Part shown: positions 17,888-28,874 of the stretch, piece by piece
Position numbering within the stretch: the stretch's first letter is position 1
Layout: each line of letters starts with the position of its first letter
Translations under genes and position numbers: made by a program
The notes under the pieces: generated by a model
The model's database searches: none
What the model was told of the DNA's origin: nothing
The model's input: the letters and a program-made list of their open reading frames with translations, nothing else
NCBI GenBank assembly: GCA_965205165.1
Contig: OZ242037.1
Coordinates: 2,443,455-2,507,454, forward strand
Source of the DNA: Dehalococcoidia bacterium
GTDB taxonomy: Bacteria > Chloroflexota > Dehalococcoidia > Bin125
Length of the DNA stretch: 64,000 nt
Direction: 5' to 3'

Positions 17888-19693
17888 ATGACCGCACTTT
17901 TGGCGCGTACCTTGCGCACCCGCCGCTCCCGCGCCGCAGTCCTGCTCGCGCCCCTTTTCCTCGCCTTCGCGCTCGCCCTCGCAGCCTGCGGCGGCGACGA
18001 TTCGCAAGACGATGCGCAGCCGCAAACCGCGTCCTCCGAACGAGCCGATCGCCAACCCGCATCCGACGACGCGCAAGATTCCGGCGACTCAGCCGGCTCC
18101 GCCGCCCCGGATCAGCAGGATCGCGGGCAACAATCATCCTCCGACCGCGATGACCGCGCATCCGGCAGCGCCGCCCGCTCCGCTCCGAGCTCGGACGGCG
18201 TCCTCCGCATCGCCCGCCGCGCTCCCCTCAACATGGACCCCGCCCAGGTCACCACCGTCGACTCCGCCGTCTTCGTCATCGAAATCTTCGGCGGCCTCCT
18301 CACCCTCGACCCGGAACTGCGGATCGCCCCCGACCTCGCCGAATCAGTCCCCGGACCGACCCTCAATTCCGACGGAACCGTCACCTACCGCTTCACCCTC
18401 CGCCGCAACGCCAGTTTCCACGACGGCCGACGCATCACCGCCGAGGACGTCAAGTGGAGCTTCGAGCGCCACGCGCACCCCGAAACGCTCTCCCCCACCG
18501 CGCCCGACTTCCTCGGCGACATCGTCGGCGCCCGCGAATTCACCCGCAACAGGATCGACGACATTCCCGGCATCGAAGTGATCGACGACCTCACAATCGA
18601 CATCACCATCGACGCCCCCAAGCCCTACTTCCTCTACAAGCTGACCTACCCCACCGCCTTCGTCGTCGACCGCAACGAAATCGAGGCCGACCCCGACGGC
18701 TGGAGCGCCCTGCCCAACGGCAGCGGCGCGTTCAAGCTGGCCGAGTGGACCGAAGGCGACCGCATCGTGCTCGAGCGCTTCGACGACTACCACCTCGAAC
18801 CCGCCAAAGTGCAGCGCGTCGAAGTCCGCTTCGCCGGCGGCGGCCTCGATCAATTCGAGAACGGCGAAATCGACATCGCCTCCGTCGGCGCCGCCGAACT
18901 CGAACGCGTCAAGGACCCCGCCGACCCGCTCAACGAACTCTTCGTTTCCCGCGCCGAACTCTCCGTCTTCTACATCGCCTTCAACACCACCATCCCGCCC
19001 TTCGACGATCCCCTCGTCCGCCGTGCCTTCGCCCACGCCATCGACAAGCAGACGCTCGCCGTCGACGTGCTGCTCGACGCGGTCAAGCCCGCCGCCGCCA
19101 TCGTCCCGCCCGGCCTCGCCGCCCACGACGCCGATTCCCGCGGCCTCCCCTTCGACCCCGAACTCGCCCTCGAACTGCTCGAACAATCGCAGTACTTCGG
19201 CACCTCCCTGCTCGAAGACGTCCGCCTCACCACCTCCGGCGGCGGCGCAACACCGGGCGGCACCGTCGAAGCCGTGCTCGCCATGTGGGAGCAGCACCTC
19301 GGCCTCTCCGTCCTCCCGCAGCAAGTCGAATTCGCCAGCTTCCTGACCGAACTCGACCGCTCCCAGCACGGCATGTTCCAAATCGGCTGGGTCATGGACT
19401 TCCCCGATCCGCAGAACATCCTCGACTACAAGTTCCACTCCGCCTCGCACGGCAACGACGTCGATCTCGACGACCCCCGAATCGACGCGCTGCTCGAAGA
19501 GGCCCGCGTCGAGCAGGATCTCGAACTGCGCACCGACATCTACCGCCGCGTCGACCGCATGCTGATCGATGATGCCGTCTGGGTCCCCCTCTTCTACGGC
19601 GTCAACAACGAGGTCGTCCAGTCCTACGTGGAGGGTTACGCGCCCACCCGCTCCATCGTCCCCTTCCTCCGCTTCGTCAGCATCGCCGGCTAG
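17888..19693 (+). CDS. ABC transporter substrate-binding lipoprotein, peptide/nickel (family 5, OppA/DppA-like)
   Basis: Signal peptide with lipobox LAACGG, Asp/Ser-rich low-complexity linker, then SBP family-5 body. Confidence 0.85.
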   Translation: MTALLARTLRTRRSRAAVLLAPLFLAFALALAACGGDDSQDDAQPQTASSERADRQPASDDAQDSGDSAGSAAPDQQDRGQQSSSDRDDRASGSAARSAPSSDGVLRIARRAPLNMDPAQVTTVDSAVFVIEIFGGLLTLDPELRIAPDLAESVPGPTLNSDGTVTYRFTLRRNASFHDGRRITAEDVKWSFERHAHPETLSPTAPDFLGDIVGAREFTRNRIDDIPGIEVIDDLTIDITIDAPKPYFLYKLTYPTAFVVDRNEIEADPDGWSALPNGSGAFKLAEWTEGDRIVLERFDDYHLEPAKVQRVEVRFAGGGLDQFENGEIDIASVGAAELERVKDPADPLNELFVSRAELSVFYIAFNTTIPPFDDPLVRRAFAHAIDKQTLAVDVLLDAVKPAAAIVPPGLAAHDADSRGLPFDPELALELLEQSQYFGTSLLEDVRLTTSGGGATPGGTVEAVLAMWEQHLGLSVLPQQVEFASFLTELDRSQHGMFQIGWVMDFPDPQNILDYKFHSASHGNDVDLDDPRIDALLEEARVEQDLELRTDIYRRVDRMLIDDAVWVPLFYGVNNEVVQSYVEGYAPTRSIVPFLRFVSIAG

Positions 19694-19730
19694 CGCGCCC
19701 GCGCCGGACGGCCGAATCGGGGCGGCTCGC

Positions 19731-20717
19731 GTGTCCGGCGGCGCGTTCGCCATCGTCGCCCGCCGCATCGTCCTGATGCCGGTCCAGCTATTCGTGATCC
19801 TCGCGATCACCTTCGCCCTCACCCAGGTTGCGCCGGGCGACCCCGTCAGCATCATCGGCGGCACCCGCTCCGTCGATCCCGAACAGGCCGAACTGATCCG
19901 CGAGGAGTTCGGCCTCGACGGCGGCTACTTCGAGCGCTTCGGCAACTACATCGTCGGCCTCGTCACCGAAGGCGACCTCGGACCGTCCTATTACTACCGC
20001 GCCCCGAAGCGCACCGTCGAGGATCTGCTCATCCCCCGCATCTGGATCTCGATGCAGATCAGCCTGATCGTGATGGCCGTCGTCTACGGACTCGGCATCC
20101 CCCTCGGCGTCTACGCCGCCGTCCGCCGCGGCACTTGGAAGGACCCCGCCGCCATCGGCGCGCTCAAACTGTTCGACTCCCTGCCCTCGCCGATCTTCGT
20201 CATCCTCACCATGGCGCTGATGGTCGAAGCCCTCGCCCCGATCTTCAACTTCTTCGGCTTCAACGTGCCCGAAGCCTGGGACGCCCGCGATCCCGCCCGC
20301 TTCATCGTCCCCGTCTTCGCCCTCAGCCTGCCCGTGATCGGCGGCATCGCCCGCTTCGTCCGCGTCAGCATGCTCACCGCGATGGACGACGACTACATCC
20401 GCACCGCCCGCGCCAAGGGCCTCGGCGAGCGCCGCATCCTCTACGTCCACGTCTTCCGCAACGCCATGCTCCCCCTCTCCACCTCCTTCGGCCTCGCCAT
20501 CATCGGCATCTTCACCGGCTCCATCGTGATCGAAACCGTCTACGGCGTCCCGGGCGTCGGACAATTCATCTTCCGCTCCATCACCCAGCGCGACTTCAAC
20601 GTCCTGCTCGGCTCCACCCTCTTCTATTCCTTCGTCCTGCTCGTCGCCGTGATGATCGTCGACATCCTCTACATCTTCATCGACCCCCGCATTCGCTACA
20701 CCGCGAGGGACGTATGA
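19731..20717 (+). CDS. ABC transporter permease (DppB/OppB-like)
   Basis: N-terminal ARRIVLMPVQLFVILAITFAL...APGDP signature of DppB/OppB, 6 TMS; GTG start at 19731 (ORF track starts further upstream, overlapping SBP gene). Confidence 0.84.
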   Translation: MSGGAFAIVARRIVLMPVQLFVILAITFALTQVAPGDPVSIIGGTRSVDPEQAELIREEFGLDGGYFERFGNYIVGLVTEGDLGPSYYYRAPKRTVEDLLIPRIWISMQISLIVMAVVYGLGIPLGVYAAVRRGTWKDPAAIGALKLFDSLPSPIFVILTMALMVEALAPIFNFFGFNVPEAWDARDPARFIVPVFALSLPVIGGIARFVRVSMLTAMDDDYIRTARAKGLGERRILYVHVFRNAMLPLSTSFGLAIIGIFTGSIVIETVYGVPGVGQFIFRSITQRDFNVLLGSTLFYSFVLLVAVMIVDILYIFIDPRIRYTARDV

Positions 20718-21868
20718 GCGCCGCCGCGATCGATGCGGCCGCCGCCGGCCAAACGGGCCAGCCCCCTTGGCGCCGCGCCCTGCGCGCGCTCCTGCGCAAG
20801 CGCGTTGCCGTCGCCTGCATGTTCGTCATCGCCCTCCTCTACGGCGCTGGCGCATACACCCTGCTCGACGCCTTCGGCGTCGATACCGGCTTGCAGGACC
20901 CCAACCAGACCAACCTCGCCGAGCGCCGCCCCTTCCGCGACGCCGATGGCACCCTCGCCGGCTTCGCCCAGCGCCAAGGCGTTGACGTCGCCGCCCTGAT
21001 CGCGCTCAACCCCCAACTCGCCGAATTCACCGAAGGCGGGCTCCGCCCGGACAGCGTCCTCCCCGCCGGCGAGCAGATCACTCTCGCCGCGGGCGAGGCC
21101 CGCCAAGGCCCCTCCTCGCGCCACTGGTTCGGCACCGACCGGCTCGGCCGCGACCTCTTCGCCCGCGTCATGTTCTCCCTCCGAACCACCCTGATCATCA
21201 GCGTCATGATCATCCTGCTCGGCAACATCTTCCTCGGCCTCGGCCTCGGCCTCCTCGCCGGCTACCGCGGCGGCATGATCGACGCCGTCATCATGCGCGC
21301 CGCCGAAACCGTGATGGCCCTCCCCGGCCTGCTCATCCTCATCGTCCTCGTCGCCGGACTCCGAGATCAAGTCGAATCCTGGTTCGCCTCGCTCGAAGAA
21401 GCGCTCGACTTCCCCTTCCTGATCGAGCAGGGCATCGACGACTACTTCATCATCATCTTCGCCATGTCCTTCGTCGAATGGGGCGGCGCTGCCCGCTTCT
21501 ACCGCGGCATCGCCCTCTCCCTGCGCGAAAGCGACTACATCCTCGCCGCCGAAGTCGTCGGCGCGGGCACTGCCCGCGTCCTCGTCCGCCACCTCTTCCC
21601 CGGCGTCGTGCCGTGGTTCATCGTCGGCCTCTCGGCCTCGCTCGGCGCGATCGCCGGCACCGAAGTCGTCCTCTCCTGGCTCGGCATCGGCATCACCCCG
21701 CCAACCTCCTCCTTCGGCACCGTCGTCTGGTCCGCCGGCTCCTGGGAATCGCTCGTCCGCCACCCCCACATGCTCCTCATCCCCGCCGCTTTCGTCGCCG
21801 CGCTGCTGCTCGCCTTCAACCTGCTCGGCGATGCTTTGAACGACGTAATCAATCCGCGCGGACGTTGA
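20714..21868 (+). CDS. ABC transporter permease (DppC/OppC-like) with LysM-like sequence in first periplasmic loop
   Basis: ATG overlaps upstream stop (ATGA); DppC-type TM core; loop residues ~53-128 contain DADGTLAGFAQRQGVDVAALIALNPQL...LPAGEQITL resembling a LysM motif. Confidence 0.82.
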   Translation: MSAAAIDAAAAGQTGQPPWRRALRALLRKRVAVACMFVIALLYGAGAYTLLDAFGVDTGLQDPNQTNLAERRPFRDADGTLAGFAQRQGVDVAALIALNPQLAEFTEGGLRPDSVLPAGEQITLAAGEARQGPSSRHWFGTDRLGRDLFARVMFSLRTTLIISVMIILLGNIFLGLGLGLLAGYRGGMIDAVIMRAAETVMALPGLLILIVLVAGLRDQVESWFASLEEALDFPFLIEQGIDDYFIIIFAMSFVEWGGAARFYRGIALSLRESDYILAAEVVGAGTARVLVRHLFPGVVPWFIVGLSASLGAIAGTEVVLSWLGIGITPPTSSFGTVVWSAGSWESLVRHPHMLLIPAAFVAALLLAFNLLGDALNDVINPRGR

Positions 21869-21892
21869 GCGATCCGCTGCTAGGCTGCCCAC

Positions 21893-23248
21893 GTGAAGGT
21901 CACTGCCGAACGCATCCCGCAGGCCCAAATGGAGCTCGTCGTCGAGCTCGAGGACGAGCGCGTCCAAAAGTCGCTCGACCAAGCCGCCCGCCGCCTCTCC
22001 AACCGCCTCCGCATCCCCGGCTTCCGCAAGGGCAAGGCCCCCCGCCGCGTCGTCGAGCAGATGCTCGGCGCCGACGCGCTCTACGACGAAGCCTCCGACC
22101 GCCTGATTCCCCAAGCCCTCCAAGAGGCGCTCGAGCAGGAAGAGATCACCCCCTCCGCCCTGCCCAACATCCAAGTCACCGGCCGCGAGCCCTTCACCTT
22201 CAAGGCCATCGTCCCGCTCCCCCCCGACGTCCAGCTCGGCGAGTACCGCGCCATCGCCGTGGCCAAGCCCGAAGTCGAGCTGGACGAAGCCGGTGTCGAG
22301 GAGCAGCTGCTCGACCTGCGCCGCCGGCACGCGATCCTCGAACCCGTCGACCGCCCCCCGCAGTACAACGACCGCATTACCGCCGACATCCGCGCCGAAG
22401 CCGATGGCGACGTAGTAGTCGAGCAGGAAGGCGCCGAGTTCGCCCTGCGCGAGGACGGCCCGCTGCTCGCCCCCGGCTTCACCGAGCGCGTGCTCGGCCT
22501 CGCCATCGGCGAACCCCATCAGATCGATGTCGAGGTCCCCGAGGACTGGCAGGATTCCCGCACCGCCGGCAAGACCCTCTCCGTCCAGCTCACGATTAAC
22601 ACCGTCCGCGCCGAGGAACTGCCCGACCCCGACGACGATTTCGCCGTCGACATCTCCGACGAGTTCGAAACCTACGACGCGCTCCGCCAGCGGATCGCCG
22701 ATGGGCTCCGCGAAGAGGCCGAGCAGTCCGCTGACGATCAGTTCCAGCGCTCCGTGCTGGAAGCCGTGATCTCCGCCGCCACCGTCGAGTACCCGCCCGC
22801 CCTGGTCGAGCACGAACTCGAACACCGCCGCGCCAACTTCGCCTCCCAAATGGGACAGGACGTCGAAACCTTCCTGCGCGGCGGCAGCGAGCAGGAGGAG
22901 CAGCTGCTCGCCTCCTTCCGCTCCCAAGCCTCCGAAAGCGTCATCTCCCAACTCGTGATCAACGCCATCGCCGACGCCGAGCAGATCGAAGTCACCGACG
23001 AAGAAGTGCAGGCCGGCATGCTCCAGGCGCTCGAGGGGGTGCCAGCCGAGCGACGCATGGATCTGCTCGAGGACGAATCCGCCCGTTCCGGCGTCCGCGG
23101 CCAGATTCGCCAGCGCCGCACCATCGAGCGCCTCGAGCAGATCGCCCTCGCCAACTACCTCGCCAACCCCGAAGCCGCCGCCTCCGAACCCGGAGGCGAC
23201 GATGATGGCGCCGCCGATGCGGAGCAATCCGAGGACGAAGAGGCGTAG
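21893..23248 (+). CDS. tig: trigger factor
   Basis: N-term ribosome-binding domain incl. [17 protein letters not shown] signature, PPIase middle domain, C-terminal arm; tig-clpP-clpX synteny. Confidence 0.92.
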   Translation: MKVTAERIPQAQMELVVELEDERVQKSLDQAARRLSNRLRIPGFRKGKAPRRVVEQMLGADALYDEASDRLIPQALQEALEQEEITPSALPNIQVTGREPFTFKAIVPLPPDVQLGEYRAIAVAKPEVELDEAGVEEQLLDLRRRHAILEPVDRPPQYNDRITADIRAEADGDVVVEQEGAEFALREDGPLLAPGFTERVLGLAIGEPHQIDVEVPEDWQDSRTAGKTLSVQLTINTVRAEELPDPDDDFAVDISDEFETYDALRQRIADGLREEAEQSADDQFQRSVLEAVISAATVEYPPALVEHELEHRRANFASQMGQDVETFLRGGSEQEEQLLASFRSQASESVISQLVINAIADAEQIEVTDEEVQAGMLQALEGVPAERRMDLLEDESARSGVRGQIRQRRTIERLEQIALANYLANPEAAASEPGGDDDGAADAEQSEDEEA

Positions 23249-23292
23249 CCCGGCCGCGGCGCGGGTATGCTCAATCGCGGAAAGGGAACCGA

Positions 23293-23964
23293 ATGACGAC
23301 ATCCCAACTGACCCACGCACTGCCGCAGGCGGCCGCCCCCGCGGGCCCGTCCAACATCATCCCGATGGTGGTCGAAAGCACCAACCGCGGCGAGCGCGCC
23401 TACGACATCTACTCCCTGCTTCTGCGCGAGCGCATCATCTTCCTCGGCACCGGCATCGACGACCAAGTCGCCAACGTCGTCGTCGCCCAGCTCCTCTACC
23501 TCGACCGCGAGGACCCCGACCGCGACATTCAGGTCTACATCAACTCCCCGGGCGGCGTGATCACCGCCGGCCTCGCCATCTACGACACCATGCAGCTGAT
23601 CAAGGCCGACGTCTCCACCATCTGCGTCGGCATGACCGCCTCCATGGGCACCGTCCTGCTCTCCGCGGGCACCGCCGGCAAGCGCTTCGCCCTCCCCCAT
23701 TCCACCATCCACATGCACCAGGCCATCGGCGGCGCGCGCGGACAGGCCTCCGACATCGAAATCGCCGCCCGCGAAATCCTCCGCAACAACGAAATCATCC
23801 GCGGCATCCTCGCCTCCCACACCGGCCAGCCGCTCGACCGCATCAAGACCGACACCGACCGCGATTTCTACCTCGACGCCGGCCAGGCAAAGGAGTACGG
23901 CCTCGTCGACGAAGTCCTCTCCACCGAAGCCGCGGGCGCAGGCGCCGCCGCGGCTGCCGGCTGA
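23293..23964 (+). CDS. clpP: ATP-dependent Clp protease proteolytic subunit
   Basis: Ser-His-Asp catalytic context ([15 protein letters not shown]; HSTIHMHQ); 223 aa. Confidence 0.93.
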   Translation: MTTSQLTHALPQAAAPAGPSNIIPMVVESTNRGERAYDIYSLLLRERIIFLGTGIDDQVANVVVAQLLYLDREDPDRDIQVYINSPGGVITAGLAIYDTMQLIKADVSTICVGMTASMGTVLLSAGTAGKRFALPHSTIHMHQAIGGARGQASDIEIAAREILRNNEIIRGILASHTGQPLDRIKTDTDRDFYLDAGQAKEYGLVDEVLSTEAAGAGAAAAAG

Positions 23965-23977
23965 TCCCCGTACTGCA

Positions 23978-25381
23978 ATGACCACCCGCTCCCGAAGCGG
24001 CGGCCCGGGACGCGGCGGCGGCGACGGCCGCGCCAGCTTCCACTGCTCCTTCTGCGCCAAGGACCAGAGCGTCGTCCGCCGCCTCGTCGCCGGACCCGGC
24101 GGTGTCTACATCTGCGATGAATGCGTCGAAGCCTGCCGCAACGTCATCCGCGAGGAATCCGGCGAGCAGCCCGCTCCCCCCAAGCAGCCCCCTGAACCCA
24201 CCGTCCTGCCTCCGCGCGAGCTCTACCGCCGCCTCGGCGAGCACGTCGTCGGCCAGGAAGAGGCCAAGCGCGTCCTCTCCGTCGCCGTCTACAACCACTA
24301 CAAGCGCATCGCCGGCAATACCGCCGATGACGACGGCGGTGTCGAACTCGAAAAAAGCAACATCATGCTCGTCGGCCCCACGGGCACCGGCAAGACCTTC
24401 CTCGCCGCCACCCTCGCCCGCATCCTCGACGTCCCCTTCTCGATCGCCGACGCCACCGCCCTCACCGAAGCCGGCTACGTCGGCGAAGACGTCGAAAACA
24501 TCCTCCTCCACCTGATCCAAGCCGCCGAATACGACATCCCCACCGCCGAGCGCGGCATCATCTACATCGACGAAATCGACAAGGTCGCCCGCAAGGCCGA
24601 CAACCCCTCGATCACCCGCGATGTCTCCGGCGAAGGCGTCCAGCAGGCCCTGCTCAAGATCATCGAGGGCACCAAGGCATCCGTCCCGCCCCAAGGCGGC
24701 CGCAAGCACCCCCACCAAGAATTCCTCCAGATCGACACCAGCAAAGTCCTCTTCATCCTCGGTGGCGCGTTCGAGGGCCTCGACGACGTGATCGCCAGGC
24801 GCGTCAAGACCGGCACCCGCATCGGCTACGGCCGCTACGCCGCCGCCGACGCCCAATCCCCCGGCGTTGACGAGGAGAACATCCTCCGCCAGCTCAGCCA
24901 CGACGACCTCCAGAAGTACGGCCTGATCCCCGAATTCGTCGGCCGCGTCCCCGTCGTCGTCGCCCTCGACCAACTCGACCAGGAGGCCATGGTCCAGATC
25001 CTCACCGAACCCAAGAACGCGCTCATCCGCCAGTACCAGAAGTTCTTCGACATGGACGACGTCGACCTTTCCTTCACCTCCGAAGCGCTCGAGGAGATCG
25101 CCTCCCGCGCCCTCGCCAAGGGCACCGGCGCGCGCGGCCTCCGCAGCGTCGTCGAAGACCTCCTGCTCGATGTCATGTTCGAGGTCCCCTCCCGCCGCGA
25201 CATCGCCAAGTGCATCGTCAATCTCGAAACCGTCCGCGACGGCGCTCCCCCCGAGATGTACGACGCCGACGGCGCGACCGTCGCCTATCTCGGAGTCAGC
25301 AACTTCGTACCGTCGGAGCCGGCCGTGGAACCCGCCGGCGCCGATGCTGATGACGCGGCCAAGCGCCAGGAAGTCGCCTGA
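23978..25381 (+). CDS. clpX: ATP-dependent Clp protease ATP-binding subunit ClpX
   Basis: N-terminal C4 zinc finger (CSFCAKDQ...CDEC), Walker A GPTGTGKT, ClpX family C-terminal domain. Confidence 0.93.
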   Translation: MTTRSRSGGPGRGGGDGRASFHCSFCAKDQSVVRRLVAGPGGVYICDECVEACRNVIREESGEQPAPPKQPPEPTVLPPRELYRRLGEHVVGQEEAKRVLSVAVYNHYKRIAGNTADDDGGVELEKSNIMLVGPTGTGKTFLAATLARILDVPFSIADATALTEAGYVGEDVENILLHLIQAAEYDIPTAERGIIYIDEIDKVARKADNPSITRDVSGEGVQQALLKIIEGTKASVPPQGGRKHPHQEFLQIDTSKVLFILGGAFEGLDDVIARRVKTGTRIGYGRYAAADAQSPGVDEENILRQLSHDDLQKYGLIPEFVGRVPVVVALDQLDQEAMVQILTEPKNALIRQYQKFFDMDDVDLSFTSEALEEIASRALAKGTGARGLRSVVEDLLLDVMFEVPSRRDIAKCIVNLETVRDGAPPEMYDADGATVAYLGVSNFVPSEPAVEPAGADADDAAKRQEVA

Positions 25382-25448
25382 CCGGCGGACCGCGCAGAGT
25401 CCGATGCCCGCCGCAACCGCCCCCCGCCAGCGCAAATCCCCCCGCACC

Positions 25449-26174
25449 ATGCGCGCCGACGAACTCGTCCTCGCCCGCGGCCACGCCGCCTCCCCCGCCG
25501 AAGCAGCCGCGCTGATCCTCGCCGGCCGCGTCCACGCGCCCGGCCGCCGCATCGCCAAGCCGGGCCTCCGCATCCCCGCCGACGCCGAACTCTCCGTCGC
25601 CCCAGTCCCCCGCTATGTCTCCCGCGGCGGCGACAAGCTCCGCGCCGCCCTCGCCGCCTGGCCCGTCGACCCCGCGGGGCGCGACTGCCTCGATGTCGGC
25701 GCGTCCACCGGCGGCTGCACCGATTGCTTGCTCCAACACGGCGCTGCCCGCGTCACCGCCGTCGACGTCGGCTACGGCCAGCTCCATCCCAGCCTTCGCG
25801 CCGATCCCCGCGTCCACTCCCGCGAGCGCACCCACATCCGCGATCTCGATCCCCCCGCTCCCCGCCCCTCCCTCGTCGTCGCCGACCTCTCCTTCATCTC
25901 CCTCCGCTCCGTGCTCTCTCACATCGCCGCCGTCGCCGCTCCCTCCGCCGACCTGCTCGCCCTGGTCAAGCCCCAATTCGAAGCGCCCCGCGCCGACGTT
26001 CCCCGCGACGGCGTCGTCCGCTCCCCCCTCGTCCGCTCAGCCGCGGTGGCCGCCGTGGCCGCCTCCGCGCTCGCCGACTGCTGGCGCATCGGCGGAGTCC
26101 TGCGCTCCCCCCTCCCCGGCCCGGCCGGCAACCGCGAGTACTGGCTCTGGCTGCGCGCCCCGGCGGAGCGCTGA
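25449..26174 (+). CDS. tlyA: TlyA-family rRNA (cytidine-2'-O)-methyltransferase
   Basis: S4-like N-term (RADELVLARGHAAS), FtsJ-like SAM-MTase core (LDVGASTGGCTDCLL, DLSFISL); start at MRADELV. Confidence 0.84.
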   Translation: MRADELVLARGHAASPAEAAALILAGRVHAPGRRIAKPGLRIPADAELSVAPVPRYVSRGGDKLRAALAAWPVDPAGRDCLDVGASTGGCTDCLLQHGAARVTAVDVGYGQLHPSLRADPRVHSRERTHIRDLDPPAPRPSLVVADLSFISLRSVLSHIAAVAAPSADLLALVKPQFEAPRADVPRDGVVRSPLVRSAAVAAVAASALADCWRIGGVLRSPLPGPAGNREYWLWLRAPAER

Positions 26175-26175
26175 C

Positions 26176-27090
26176 ATGCCCGAACGACCCTTCCGCTGCG
26201 TCGGCGTCTACTACCACCCCCGCCTCGACGACGCCCGCCAACTCGCCGAAGACGTCCAGCGCTGGTTCGCCCCCCACGTCGACCGCGTCTGGGCCTCCGA
26301 ACCCTGGGACCCCGACCACTCCACCGAGCACCTGCCCGCCACCGACCTCCTGATCTGCCTCGGCGGCGACGGCACCGTCCTCCGCGCCGCCCGCGCCGCC
26401 GCGCCCCACGGCGCCCTGATCCTCGGCGTCGACCACGGCCGCCTCGCCTTCCTCACCGAACTCCTCCCCGATTCCCTGCAAGACCACATCCCCAAGCTCC
26501 TCGCCCGCGACTTCGTCATCGAAGAGCGCGCCATGCTCCAGGCCGCTCCCGCCGGCGCGGCCGAGGCCGCCCCCGAAACCCTGCCCGCGCTCAACGACGT
26601 CATGCTCGGCCGCGGCTCCCTCGGCCAGCCCGCCTACCTCCACGTCCACGTCAACGGCGACCTCATCGGCGTCGTCCGCGCCGACGCCGTCGTCGTCGCC
26701 AGCGCCACCGGCAGCACCGGCTACTCGCTCTCCGCCGGCGGCCCCATCCTGCACCCCCGCGCGCGCAGCTTCGTGCTCACCCCCGTCGCCCCCCACCTCG
26801 CCGCCGCCGCACCGCTCGTCCTCCCCTCCGATGCCGAAATCCAGCTCGCCCTCGGCCGCGAGCACGCCGGCGCGCTCTCCGTCGACGGCCAGCGCCCCTA
26901 TGCCATTTCCCCCGGCGGCGGCGTCCGCGTCAAACTCAGCGAATCCATGGCCAAATTCGTCCGCTTCGGCGAGCGCCCCTTCTTCCCCCAGCTCGGCCGC
27001 CGCCTCGCCTGGCTCGACGAACGCCGCCTCCGCGCCGTCCAGCGCACCGGCGTCGAAGCCTTCGACCCCACCGACGCCGACCCCGCCTGA
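26176..27090 (+). CDS. nadK: NAD kinase
   Basis: GGDGT motif (LICLGGDGTVL), NAD-kinase C-terminal domain; ATG overlaps tlyA stop; conserved tlyA-nadK-recN order. Confidence 0.9.
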   Translation: MPERPFRCVGVYYHPRLDDARQLAEDVQRWFAPHVDRVWASEPWDPDHSTEHLPATDLLICLGGDGTVLRAARAAAPHGALILGVDHGRLAFLTELLPDSLQDHIPKLLARDFVIEERAMLQAAPAGAAEAAPETLPALNDVMLGRGSLGQPAYLHVHVNGDLIGVVRADAVVVASATGSTGYSLSAGGPILHPRARSFVLTPVAPHLAAAAPLVLPSDAEIQLALGREHAGALSVDGQRPYAISPGGGVRVKLSESMAKFVRFGERPFFPQLGRRLAWLDERRLRAVQRTGVEAFDPTDADPA

Positions 27091-27107
27091 GGGCTACGAT
27101 CGCCCCC

Positions 27108-28874
27108 GTGTTGAACGCCCTCCGTCTCCGTGATTTCGCCCTCGCGGCCCATGCCGAAATCGAGCTGCCGCCCGGCTTCTCCGTGATCACCGGCGAAACC
27201 GGCGCGGGCAAGAGCGTGCTCATCGCCGCGCTCTCCTTCGCGCTCGGCGCGCAAGCAGACCGCGCCGTGATCCGCCCCGGAGCCGCCCGTGCCGAAGTCG
27301 AGGCGGAGTTCGACCTTGGCGACTCCCCCGCCGCAACCTCCGTTGCCCGTGTGCTCGAGGACGCCGACATCCCGTTCGACGGCGGCCTAGTCCTCCGCCG
27401 CAGCGCCGGCGCATCCGACGGCGGCCGCCTGACCGGCAGAATCCGCGTCAACGACCGCGCCGCCGCTCGCGCCACCCTCGCCGCGCTCGCCGATCAACTC
27501 GCCGACATCCACGGCCAGCGCGAGCAGCTCGGCCTGCTCGACCCCGCCCGCCAGCTCGCCATCCTCGACCGCTACGCGGGCCTGATCCCCGCCCGCGAAC
27601 GCCTCGCCGCCTCCGTCGCCCGCCTGCGCGGACTCGATGCCCGCCTCGCCGATGCCGCCGACGCGCGCCTCCGCGCCCGCAAAATCGCCCAGCTCCGCTA
27701 CGAAGCCGCCGAAATCGAGGCCGCCGCCCTCCGACCGGGCGAGGAGCGCGATCTCCGCGCCGAGCTCGAACGCCTCGCCAACGCGCGCCAACTGCTCGAT
27801 GACGCCGCCACCGCCCGCGCCGCCCTCGAATCCGACGTGCTCGGCGACGCCCTCGCCGCCGTCCGCCGCATCGCCGAAATCGACCAAGCCGCCGCCCCGA
27901 TCTCCGACGCGCTGGAAATCGCGCTCGACCAAGCCGCCGCCGCTTCCCGCGACGTCCGCGCCTATGCCGACGGCATCGCCCTCGACCCGGCCCGCCAGGC
28001 CGACGTCGAGACCCGCATCGCCGCCATCGCCGACCTCCAGCGCCGCTACGGCGAAACCGTCGAGCAGATCATCGAGCACGGCCGCGCCGCCGAAGCCGAG
28101 GCCGATCAACTCGAAGCCGGCGCGGCCGACGCCGAAATGCTCCGCTCCGAAGCTGACGCCCTCGCCGCCGAAATCGCTTCCGACGCGCTCGCCCTCAGCC
28201 GCGAGCGCCGCGCCGCCGCCGCCCGCCTCGCCGCCGAAGTCGCAGCCGAATGCCAAGCCCTCCGGCTCGAAGGCGCATCGATCCAGTTCCGCTTCGACCC
28301 GCTCCCTCCTGCCTCGCGCTCCATCCCCGCCTGGCAGCCCGCCCTCGTCGACCGCCGCGGCGAGCATCCGCTGGTCGAACCCGCCGACTCCGGCTTCGAC
28401 CAGACCGGCGCGGATCGCCTCGAACTCGAAGCATCCTTCAACCCCGGCTCGCCCCCGCTCCCCCTGCGGCGCGTCGCCAGCGGCGGCGAAACCGCCCGCC
28501 TCACCCTCGCAGTCAAGGCCGTCCTCGGCCGCCGCGACGCCGTCCCCCTGCTCGTCTTCGACGAAATCGACGCCGGACTCGGCGGCCGCATGGGCCCGAC
28601 CCTCGGTCAGCGCCTCGCCCGCCTCGCCCAATCGCATCAAGTCCTCTGCATCACCCACCTCCCCCAGGTCGCCGCGGCCGCCGCGCACCATATCGTGGTG
28701 CGCAAGGCGCTCCTCGCCGGCGCGCCCGTCGTCGAGGCGCGCCCGCTCTCCCCCGACGAGCGCGTGCTCGAACTCGCCGACATGCTCGGCGGACGCTCCG
28801 AGGCCAACCTCGCCGGCGCCCGCGAACTGCTCGGCTCCCCCGCATCCCCCGAACCCGCGATAGTGCAGCGATGA
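27108..28874 (+). CDS. recN: DNA repair protein RecN
   Basis: SMC-like N-terminal Walker A (GETGAGKSVL), long coiled-coil, C-terminal signature/Walker B (LLVFDEIDAGLGG). Confidence 0.9.
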   Translation: MLNALRLRDFALAAHAEIELPPGFSVITGETGAGKSVLIAALSFALGAQADRAVIRPGAARAEVEAEFDLGDSPAATSVARVLEDADIPFDGGLVLRRSAGASDGGRLTGRIRVNDRAAARATLAALADQLADIHGQREQLGLLDPARQLAILDRYAGLIPARERLAASVARLRGLDARLADAADARLRARKIAQLRYEAAEIEAAALRPGEERDLRAELERLANARQLLDDAATARAALESDVLGDALAAVRRIAEIDQAAAPISDALEIALDQAAAASRDVRAYADGIALDPARQADVETRIAAIADLQRRYGETVEQIIEHGRAAEAEADQLEAGAADAEMLRSEADALAAEIASDALALSRERRAAAARLAAEVAAECQALRLEGASIQFRFDPLPPASRSIPAWQPALVDRRGEHPLVEPADSGFDQTGADRLELEASFNPGSPPLPLRRVASGGETARLTLAVKAVLGRRDAVPLLVFDEIDAGLGGRMGPTLGQRLARLAQSHQVLCITHLPQVAAAAAHHIVVRKALLAGAPVVEARPLSPDERVLELADMLGGRSEANLAGARELLGSPASPEPAIVQR

